Shown here one piece after another: positions 53,105 to 64,000 of a stretch of DNA of 64,000 nt. Source of the DNA: Octopus sinensis (lineage: Eukaryota); contig NC_043004.1 of NCBI RefSeq assembly GCF_006345805.1, positions 28,954,001-29,018,000 on the forward strand, written 5' to 3'. A program made the translations under genes and the position numbers. The first letter of the stretch is position 1. Each line of letters begins with the position of its first letter. The notes under the pieces are model-generated. The model did no database searches. It worked only from the letters and a program-made list of their open reading frames with translations, and was not told the DNA's origin.

Positions 53105-53300
53105 ACGCAAGAATGGCTGTGTAGTGAGTAGCTTGCTTACCAACCACACGGTTCTCGGTTCAGTCCCACTGCATGGCAGCGATATTGCTGTGTTCACTTC
53201 GCGTAATTCTAGCATTTCGGCAAAAATGACCTATAGAATAAGTGCTATGCTGGGGTCGATTTGTTTGACATGGCCGCAGTGAAATTACTGAAATAAATCA
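53105..53300 (+). mobile_element. SINE family B, large internal deletion
   Basis: Head joined directly to the tail. Confidence 0.7.
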
Positions 53301-53369
53301 AAGAATATATATATAACATGTATATATATAAATATATGACTATTTAAATATAATATATATATTATATAT

Positions 53370-53404
<35 letters not shown>

Positions 53405-53406
<2 letters not shown>

Positions 53407-53595
53407 CAAGGGAAAGTTACGAAAATAAACAAAGACGAAGGCAGGTGGTGTACAAACAAATAGATGTATTAGTATAGCGCTGAGGAATAGAAAGTCTTTT
53501 ACGTTTCGAGCCTAAGCTCTTCTACAGAAAGAAAACAGAAAAAAACAAGGAGAGAAACAAGGAGAGAAAAAAAGGAGAGAAAAAAAGGAGTGAAA
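53405..53595 (-). mobile_element. Solo PLE 3' unit (type A) with a hammerhead at 53495-53532
   Basis: Homologous to 35623-35780. UCUUU-CUGUAGA-A-GAGC(UUAG)GCUC-GAAAC-GUA-AAAGA. Confidence 0.8.
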
Positions 53596-53663
53596 AAATA
53601 TATATAAATATATATAAATATGTATATACACACAAATATATGTATATAAATATATATATCTAT

Positions 53664-53698
<35 letters not shown>

Positions 53699-53865
53699 CA
53701 TATTTTTATTTACGTATATATGTATATATATATACACACAGATACGCGCGCGCACACACACACACATATACATATATATATAAACATATATATATATATA
53801 CAAACATTTATATATATAAAATAAATATACATTTACATATATTGATATATATATGACCGCGTGTG

Positions 53866-54052
53866 TACCGTTGGCGATTTTTTTCCCTCTGTCTTCCCTT
53901 CTCTGAATCTTTCCTTCTCCTATGTTTCCGACGAAGAGCTCCGCTCGAAACGTTAAACCCTCCTTCTTTCCTTCTTTCCTGAGCGTCCAATAATACTATA
54001 TTTGTTCCACGTCCTCGCGTTGCTGTGTTTTTTGTGCTTTCTTGTTGGATTA
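53866..54052 (+). mobile_element. Solo unit (type B) with a hammerhead core at 53928-53954
   Basis: CCGACGA-A-GAGC(UCC)GCUC-GAAAC-GUU-AAA; U4C in this copy. (TA)n flanks. Confidence 0.8.
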
Positions 54053-54065
54053 ACTATATATATAT

Positions 54066-54114
<49 letters not shown>

Positions 54115-54167
54115 ATACACATACAAACATACAATACATCCACATATACATACATACATATACATAT

Positions 54168-54217
<50 letters not shown>

Positions 54218-55154
54218 ATATTTCAGTAATATCTTAAATTGAATCCAATCCAAGGAAAACAGGGATTATAACATGCGATCTTCCCCGGCTCAATCGTCTA
54301 ATACCCAATTCAGTAGAGAAAAACTTTAAAATTCACATGTGTGTACATTAAATTTATAAAAATGGATTGTAAATGGAGATATGCAATTGTGAATTGAACA
54401 TTTAATAAGTTTAATAACGTCATATTATATAATATTATTCTCTTATAAAAATATAGTAGAATAAATATGATATAATATAATAGATAATACATCAAATTAA
54501 TGATTATACATATATGTATATAATTATATTGAGAGGGCAACATGCTTAAAAATTATACATGTATGTATATAATTACAACAAGAGAAGAACACGCTTTAAA
54601 ATACCGGCGCATTCAGTTATTATAGTTATATACATATGTGTATAATTATCAATTTAATGTACAAATTACCTATAAATTTCTATTGCATTCTGACTACCTA
54701 ATAAAAATCATTAAAGTGATTTTATCCTTATATTCTCGCATCAATTAGCATCTATAATAAATGATAAATACAAAATGCAAATTACAGTGTGGGTCTCATC
54801 AGGTGTATCTATACATAAAGTTTTGTGTTTCGCTAAAGATTCTAAAGTACACCATGAGACCCAGACTGCAAAACTGATGCAACACAAGAGGTTGAAATGA
54901 CAACCACCCATAAGGGACAGTAACAGTTTGGGCCGAAACGACCGTTCGTACAAAATAAAGATTAATACCAAATCCATCTTCCCGTTACTTAAGAAGTTAT
55001 TATAATTATTATCTCAACTAACAATTCAGAATTCCTGAAGTAGATCCAACGGAAATATACCCCGATGACACCAGGTAGCCATTGCTCTACTCAACACTTC
55101 AACACATTAATCGACATATACCCATTTCCCCCAAAATATTGAATGTATATATAT

Positions 55155-55195
<41 letters not shown>

Positions 55196-55596
55196 CCATA
55201 TATATATATATGTGTGTGTACATATAAATTATATTTATATATTTATATATTTATATATATATAAATTATATATATATTATAGACACGCACACGCTCACAC
55301 ACATACACACGCACACATACGTATACACAAATTATATAATATATATATATAAATTGTATATATATATATATTAGAGATATGTATTATTTATCTATCTAGA
55401 TTGCTAGATAGATATTTGTATATGCATATCCCTATATGTGTATATACTCTTTTATGTAATATGTATTTATATGCATTCAAACAAACTTTGCATGTGTGTG
55501 TGTTTATATGTGTATATATAAATGTATATATATGTATATATATATATGTGAATGTATATATATATGTGTATATATATAAGTATATATATATATGTG

Positions 55597-55658
<62 letters not shown>

Positions 55659-55739
55659 GCATATATATGTGTATATATACATATGCATATATATATGTTC
55701 GTATATGTATATATGTATATATAGGTATATATAAATGTA

Positions 55740-55788
<49 letters not shown>

Positions 55789-55794
55789 CTCCCC

Positions 55795-55855
<61 letters not shown>

Positions 55856-56043
55856 ACATATATAGGTAGATAGATAGAGATACATACATACAGGTGTGGC
55901 TGTGTGGTAAGAAGCTTGCTTCGCAACCACATGGTTCCTGGTTTAGTCTCAGTTCTTGGCTACTTGGGTATGTGCGTTCTGCTATAGCCTCGGGCTGACC
56001 AAAGCTTTGTGAAGTATTTTTGCCTACGGAAACTGAAAGAAAT

Positions 56044-56111
<68 letters not shown>

Positions 56112-56234
56112 TAATATATTAATAATAAAATAAAACATATGCATATATATAAACATATATGTACGTACCTACCTCTACATGTACATATATATATATATAT
56201 ATAGATATATATATATATAATATATATATATAAT

Positions 56235-56425
56235 CTAGTTAATCCAAACATGAAAGCACAAAGAGAAAACAGAACAACGCGAGGACGTGGAACAAGTATA
56301 GTGCTATTGGACGCTCAGGAAAGGAAAGAAAGAAGGAGGATTTAACGTTTCGAGCGGAGCTCCTCGTCAGAAACATAGGAAAAGGAAAGATCCAAGGAAG
56401 GGAAGGCGGAGGAAAAAAATTGCCA
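56235..56425 (-). mobile_element. Solo unit (type B), inverted relative to 53866-54052
   Basis: Reverse complement is homologous along the full length. Confidence 0.8.
56341..56373 (-). ncRNA. Minimal type I hammerhead-ribozyme motif with canonical core
   Basis: UUU-CUGACGA-G-GAGC(UCC)GCUC-GAAAC-GUU-AAA. Palindromic AACGUU replaces helix III. Confidence 0.7.
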
Positions 56426-57598
56426 ACTGTACAGAAGCGGTCACATTTTCAATATCTATATACATATATATGTATATATATATGTGTATGTATATATATA
56501 TATACACACCCATATATATGTATATATATACACACACACTTATATATATATATATATATATACAAATAAGAAAATATAGAAGCACATTAGTTGGTTCATC
56601 AGCTTTAGGATATTAAAATGTTGACTTAATTATTTTATCAAAACGACAACCATAATAATATACATATCCCCGTGTGTGTGTCTGTGCTTGTGTCCATCTC
56701 ATCATTTGACCACCAGTGTTAGTACCTGTAATCTAGCGTACCTGTAATCTAGCGGTTCGGCTTAAGAGACCAAGAGAATAAGTACTAGTCATAAAAGAAA
56801 TATAACTTCTGTGGTCGATTGTTCGACTACAACACCTCAAGGCGATGTTCCTTCTTGGCTGCAGTCAAATGACTGAAACAATTAAAAGAATATATACATG
56901 TGTATATGTGTATAAGTATATGTATATATTCTCTTATTCTTTTATTTGTATTAGTCTTTGGACAGCATTTGAATGTTTTATGTTAGTGGTACTCAGCCAT
57001 ATTTTTTTTGTCGACACCATCGATTCCTCTTTTACTCAGGTGGACCCCAATAGGCATTTGATGTTTTAAAAATAATTTTACAATTCACTTGTATTCGGAA
57101 TTCTAGTAAAATATTTTGTGAATTGTAGAAGTACAACTAATTTATTGCACTTCAATTTTAACAACAAAATCTTACATAGACCTCCAAGGGTCATATGGAC
57201 CCCGTTTGAGAACTACAGGTTTATGAGAACAAATCGGACACCGTAATTATTTAGAATGTATCAAAACATCATTTTGCCGAAACAGTAAGTTACGGGGATA
57301 GGTAAAGAAACTAACAGCAGTTACCAAATAGTGTGTGTGTGTGTGTGTGTGTGTGTGCACGATACGTTTCCACAATCTCCCAAATTCAGAAATAATGTAG
57401 TCGTTAGCTTGAGGCTAGCAAAGAAGCTACTTGCCAGGTCGTCGCACTTTGGGACTACACATGTAAACACATATTTGTGAAGCATATGTCTTAAGCATAC
57501 AGGCACGCATACATACATACATACATACATACATACATACATACATACTTACATACGTATGTGTGTATATTCATATCTGTCTGTCTGTCTATCTATCA

Positions 57599-57686
<88 letters not shown>

Positions 57687-57719
57687 CTATCTACACACAC
57701 ACACACACACACATATCTT

Positions 57720-58095
57720 TCATGTACTTGTTTCAGTAGAAACATATTTTAGTCGAATAAATCGACCACAATACTTATTTATTTTTTAAAAACCTGTTAT
57801 TTTTCTATCGAACTCTTTTACCAAAACGTTAAGTTACGTGGACGTAAAACACACTAATGCGGTGGTCTATTGGTGGTGGGGAACAAACACATCCACAAAG
57901 ACACATACACACACATACACCTCCCCACACACATATACGACGGGCGTCTTCCAGTTTCCTCTATCAAATCTTCTCACAAGGCTGTGGTCGGCCCGGGGCT
58001 GTAATAGAGGACACTTTTCCAAGATGCCTCGAAGTGGGACTGAACCCGGAACAATGTCTTTGGAAAGCAAGCTTCATACCACTCAGCCATGCCTA
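57720..58095 (-). mobile_element. SINE family B, near full length, diverged
   Basis: Reverse complement of tail and head. Confidence 0.8.
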
Positions 58096-58106
58096 CATAT
58101 GAATGC

Positions 58107-58163
<57 letters not shown>

Positions 58164-61100
58164 CATATATGTGTGTGTATGTGTGTGTGTGTTTGTGTGT
58201 ACGTACATATGCACATACACGCACACATATGGATTCATACAGTTATACACTCATATATAAACAGTTTTACGTAGGGGGAGATAATAACACTTCTGCTGTT
58301 TTATAAGTTACAAGCTTATACAGACTTTCGCATACGCATTGACTCGGGCGCGCGCACACACACACACACATACACACACCTTGAAATACATACCTACGCG
58401 AGCGAGCGCACAGTAGAAATTAAAACAAGTATATTGCACTCACACGCGCACGCACTTGCTTATAAGCGCGCACGCACATACGCTCACTCACCCATGTACA
58501 ACATGCATAGATGAACATATACACTTTTATTCATATTCTGCCGGCTGCAGTTTCAAAATATAAAATTTATTAGCAATTGTTTTTTTTTATATATATTTTC
58601 TTATTTGTAAAATTAAATTAATTGACGTTGTCATTTCCGTAATACAATAAAAGCAAATATTTGTAATATAAATTTTGAAAGAATCCTTGATTCTTAAAAA
58701 AAATATTCATTTGAATTTAATTAATTTAAAAATTTCAAACATGTGTTTATTAAGTATTATGAAATGCAAGGATTCCTATAAGGAAGTCATTATGTACATA
58801 TGTATATGTACGTGCGCTTTATATTGTGCGAATGATATGTATGTATGTATCTATGTATATGTATGGGTGATTGTCTGGATTTTTATGGTAATTTTGCAAC
58901 TAAGTGGCGACACGTCAACATAAACATGAAATCAGTTGAATATTTAAGTATATTTAATATTCAGAAAAATCTATAGTTTCTGAGCCGATTTAATATTTTA
59001 TGCATTAATGTTTATAACTCCCTGACTGCAACCCTCAGATGGGTTGGTGGTGGTGATGGTAGGGCTCTTTCAATTATCACCCAGAAATAAATCCCACGCT
59101 TTTAATGAATCTGTGTCTTACTCGTTCTGACTATTTGTGCGACTGTTATGCTTGTATGTATGTGTATGTGCGTGAATCTGTGTTTGTGAGTACTTTTTGA
59201 TATGTACAACATATGTCTGTATGCAGACTATATGAAAGCGTAGTTGTTGAAAGGTTGTGTATGTGTGTTCGAGTACGTGCTTGTTTGCGTTTATACATCC
59301 TCCTATTCCCAACACCCTCGACATACTTCTCTTCTCGTAGCATTGGCACTCTTCCTACTCCTACTTCCTCTACACTCTTCTTTTTCCCTCCTTCGTTTTT
59401 TGTCTTCCTTTCATCCACAGCCATATTACCGTCAAGCTAGTGAAAGACAGAAGAAATAGTGTGTAATAAAAGCAGACACGAGAAAAAGGAGGGGGAGAAA
59501 AAAAAAGAGATTAATGAAATAAAAATGGTGGGAGTGCAACCAATATTATTAGAGTGAGTGAAATGCGGAGTGAGAGAAAGAGTAACAGATTAACAGTTGA
59601 AGGCAGCAGTGAAATATGTTTGGAAAAATACATTTACGTTCTGTTTTAATCACAGGACTCTTTTGAGATGTTTTTATCCATTCACTCACTCTATCTTCGA
59701 CGCTAGAACTGCTGCCTTTTTACCTTACCAACATAAAATAGTTTCGGTGAGAAAAGTGGATGTGTTATTTCCTGATTTGAATGGAAGGGTTTTCATGTCT
59801 CTGTCTCTTACTGATACTCTCCTCGTTAAGTGAGTGTTAGAAGCTGAGTGGAGTACAGTACAGTTCTGCGACTACAACTGCAAACGTCGACGTCCTCTCT
59901 TGCCTGCATTTGTTGTTACTTTTCACCTATCCCTTCTCTTTCACTTTCCTTCTTCTCTACTAGATTCTTCTCATTTTCGTTCTTGCCCCCCTATCACTCG
60001 TCATCTCGATGTTCTTTCTCACTCCGTTAAATGTTACTCTAGCTTGCCGACTGTGTGTGTGATTCTAGTCTTGTTTAGATTAGTCTGTTAGATGTGCTTC
60101 ATTTGGATATTTTTAAAAATACACGTTTATTCGGAAGACGTTATGTAGAAGTAGACGGTGTATTATACCCTTGATGGTATACCAATACACGTTTTCACTT
60201 AATTGTATACATATACACTGGATACCTCCAGAACAGTTAAGAATTTAACTGGATTATAAAACAAAAATATGTATGTTAAATAGCAATTAGGATAAGCTTA
60301 AATTAATTGGTCGAAAAAGCAAAGGAAATTCTGGATTACCATCATAACTGAAGGAGCTGTTATATCTCTTATTTAAAGGAAATATTACAATTTTGATCTA
60401 TGAAACGCCAAAAACAATCCGGCACTGCCGGTAAAGTGTCGGCTTTTTCGACCACACATTCGCAAAATTCTGGACCTCACACTACGATCGCAAGGGCTAA
60501 AGCCTATGGATTAATGTAAGTACGCAAAAAAATATATTTTAATTGCTCCTTCATCGCTTCTTACATTTTATTGTCAATATTTGTCATATTTGCCAGACAT
60601 TATACATAACTCTGTCATTTATTATTCTTGCTGCGACCCACTCTATCATCTCGGCCATTTTTTGTTAACGTATTTATTTTCATCGTACTCTCTCCACACC
60701 CCTCTGTTTATATTTTTTCTATACATATGAAACGAGACTGTTTTCTGGCATCTACTGGCTCAACTCGACAATCTATGCCGTTTTCATACATAAACACACG
60801 GAGCACACACGGACACACAGACACATTCGCACAAATACACGCACAAACACACACACACACACATACACATGCCTCCAGCACAACTCTACTATTTACTTCG
60901 ACTGTCTATGCCGCTATGTTATACATTTGCCTTGCTGAATTTTCCTTTCTCTTTCTCTTCTTTCTATTATTCCTATTCACACATCTACCCAATCAACTTA
61001 ATTCTGATCTCAGATTTATTCAGCTTTTTTTTAGTATATTAGTCAATTAAAATACGCCTATTTCTCACAACTCACTCACTCTACATTACACTTTGTCATC

Positions 61101-62110
61101 AATCTGTCTGTCTCTAATTTTCTCTTCAGCCAAACATAACCTTACTTCCCCCACCACTCTTTTACTTTACGTTCACATTCTTATCATGAATACACACACG
61201 ATTCTTTCTAACTCTTAAGCGCCTTTATTTTTCTCAACCTCGGTCATATAAGTACTCACATTTTGTTTTTCAAAAGTCAGAGGTGTATATTACTCCTTTC
61301 CGGCTTTTAATCTCGCTTTTTCTCACAGATGCACATAAGACACACATACACATATATACGCACACTCTGACACAAGCACATGCGTGCGAAGATACGCGCG
61401 TGCTCTTACTCGGGCATAAACGCATACACGCATACGTACACAGTTATTCTTTCTTACAAACACAGGCACATAGCTCATATGCACATATGCGAATGTACAC
61501 ACACTCACACAGACTTGCGCACATTCACATATTCATGAGGCATATGAATATTGTGTACATTATATGTAAATGTAAATAAAAGCTAGTTGTTTTCTTAATA
61601 AATGCTTTTCATCGCATGTCTTATATTTCTCATTAAATGTGTAGCTTATTGTTATAATATCTAACATCTAACTAACATTGGCATCATTTGTTGCTTGTGA
61701 GGACGAGTGTTGCTAGACCAGGTAGTAGTGCTGGCAAAGATTGTAGCTGCAATGCAATGCAAAGAGAGCAGCAATAGCTTTACTGATAGTTGTAGTGGTA
61801 ATATTCATATTAATATTACTAGTAATAGCATCAGTATTGGACAGCTATGCTGGGGGAAAAAATAGAGAAAAAGCGTGTGAGCTACCAACAATCGTTTCAT
61901 GTTTCACCATAATATGGCTTATCTATATTTCAACCTGTTCCAATATTACAAGCGAATACCGCTTGTTAATGTTTGCTTTATTTTTACCCTACATTACCAG
62001 CTGTAGTATACATATTTATCTGTTCTCCTGTTCTATAATTATTAGAGCATTGTTAATGTTTGTGTTTTGTTCTCAACATCACACAAATGATTATTAAATG
62101 ATTGTTTTAA

Positions 62111-62153
<43 letters not shown>

Positions 62154-62569
62154 ATAAATACACACAGACAGACACACACACACACATATGAGCATGGATG
62201 AATGAGAGTGTATATCAATTTATCTCTCTCTAAAAATATATATGTATCATTCTTTCTATTTGGCTTCTATTGTTTACACATGTATATCAATTAATATTGA
62301 TTTTTTTACGTTAGCACAAGGCTACAGATTTGTACTTGCCGTTGACGGGCAATTATTTTATCGACCTTGAGAGATAAAGTCGACTACGATATGATTTGAA
62401 CTCAGTAAGAAGAGGGAGTAACTAAATACTAAAAATCCATTTATTTAACTTTACTATTTTTTGTACTCACACAAACACACACACACACTACGCACATATA
62501 TATGCATACACACCACATCACACATACATATAAACAAATATGTATGTGTGAGTATACACTTATATATGG

Positions 62570-62605
<36 letters not shown>

Positions 62606-62819
62606 TTATACACACACATACATATTTTATGAGTGCTTGTGTGTGGTGTGAGCGTGTGTATATTTGCATGTACATTGGAGAAAAATATATACAGATAGAT
62701 AAATATAGAGGAGAAGAGAGAGAGAGAGTGTGTGTGTGTGTGTGAGTGAAAGGGAGAGAGAACACATATCACATATATTATAGAGACAGCAAAATGGAGA
62801 AAAAGAGGAATAGAGATTA

Positions 62820-62826
62820 CTGCTGT

Positions 62827-62874
<48 letters not shown>

Positions 62875-62982
62875 CACCACCACCACCAGCACCACCAGCA
62901 CCACCACTACCACTACTACTATAGCCGCTGCTGCTGCTGCTACTACTGCTGCTGCTGCTGCTGCGTTTGCTGTTGCCGCTAC
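62820..62982. repeat. Compound (ACT)n/(ACC)n/(GCT)n microsatellite
   Basis: Visible directly. Confidence 0.9.
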
Positions 62983-63244
62983 TAAGTCAACGTTGTGAAG
63001 ATAAACGGTTTATCTTTATTTTATCACGGCAAACTAACTGAATAGCTATTAAGCTGAAATAGGTCACGTGGCTTTTGTGTTAATAAAATACATTGTATTT
63101 GAATTGACTCGGTTTTAAGAATATATTGACGTCATTGGTGCCATTTCTCTGTCCCAATAAAGATCCACCATTATAACCGCCCTCCCCTCACTGCGTTGCT
63201 ACCACCTCCGTCCACTATTGCCATCACCACCGCCGCCCTGTAGT

Positions 63245-63279
<35 letters not shown>

Positions 63280-63394
63280 TAGTAGTAGTCAGCAGCAATA
63301 CCTTCGTCTCGCCGTGTAGTTATGGTGTTAGTGGTAGCGTAATTTTCGGAATTAGACTGCAGACTTACTAACGCGCACTGACTGTTATATTTAC

Positions 63395-63540
63395 CTTCCT
63401 TGGCAGTAGTCCACATTATTAATTCGTTGTTACTAACGACGGTATTTCTGATTTTAAATTCTTGTCCTTCACATAGAGTATAAATATCATTTTCAAAGCC
63501 ACACATTGCATGGCTATTTGACGAGTAAACATACGGGCTA
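63395..63540 (-). CDS. Candidate internal coding exon (146 nt, phase 2 to phase 1), unidentified protein
   Basis: Minus-strand acceptor TTTCACATATTTTGTACCATAG (alternative AG 3 nt downstream) and donor GAAG|GTAAAT. Open frame SPYVYSSNSHAMCGFENDIYTLCEGQEFKIRNTVVSNNELIMWTTAKE, non-repetitive. Confidence 0.4.
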
Positions 63541-64000
63541 CTATGGTACAAAATATGTGAAATAATAAAAATAGGGATTGAATTGTACAGCACGAATATA
63601 TATATATATATGTGGGGGGGGGGGGTGCGCGCGCGCGCGCGTGTGTGTGTATGCGTGTGTGTGTTTGTGTGTGAGCGTGTGAGTCTTGTATAATATTGCT
63701 ACGTTGAATGTTTTATTGTTTAAAACAATTTTGTTCAAACTAAAAGTTGATATTGAACACCCAAAAGTATGAAGATACATACAAGTATGGCATTTCACAG
63801 TTTTGCTCTGATCTTAAATGCCCCAACAAATACGAATCGATTATAAACATATGTCCATACTTAAGCGAGTGTTGAAATCCTCCAAACTGCTGGCTGTTAA
63901 GCATATGTGCAAAGTGTTTTGCAATCAAAAGGCTCTCTCAACTATATTCAAATTGTTGAATTGGCAGGTTGTTCAACAATCGGTAGTAACGAGTATGCAA

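Larger units (their letters stand above)
55890..56890 (+). mobile_element. SINE family B split by microsatellite expansion and a nested hammerhead unit
   Basis: Head 55890-56050, tail 56670-56890. Confidence 0.7.

Noticed and set aside
59424-59470. Possible plus-strand terminal exon (HITVKLVKDRRNSV* or PYYRQASERQKK*) after a strong pyrimidine tract
   Set aside because: Too short, frame undecidable, and no linked upstream exon.
60401-60515. Possible plus-strand exon ending at a GTAAGT donor (MKRQKQSGTAGK..)
   Set aside because: No recognisable product or matching acceptor; consistent with chance.

Overview
AT-rich, microsatellite-saturated eukaryotic intergenic or intronic DNA, most likely from an Octopus species. 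That assignment is inferred from tRNA-derived SINE families I recall from Octopus; no search was run. No complete protein-coding gene, rRNA, intact tRNA or CRISPR array is supported, and nearly all listed ORFs are translations of microsatellites. The interpretable content is a nested transposon landscape: three Penelope-like (PLE) relics, two long L1-Tx1 relics plus three Tx1 3' ends, one young 5'-truncated RTE LINE with a target-site duplication (TSD), a CR1/L2-group 3' end, three Tc1/mariner relics, a pogo-type MITE, a 760-bp fold-back element and about 30 SINE copies or fragments from three families. Most interesting: (1) minimal hammerhead-ribozyme motifs, one attached to a PLE endonuclease ORF and others as ~200-bp solo units in (TA)n, with an A6-to-U core variant in two copies; (2) two SINE/LINE pairs that share 3' tails (CR1/L2-group and Tx1); (3) Tx1 3' ends repeatedly embedded in (ATCT)n. 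Two unidentified candidate exons are reported at low confidence. Repeat boundaries are approximate (about 10-20 bp) unless a TSD or exact match fixes them.
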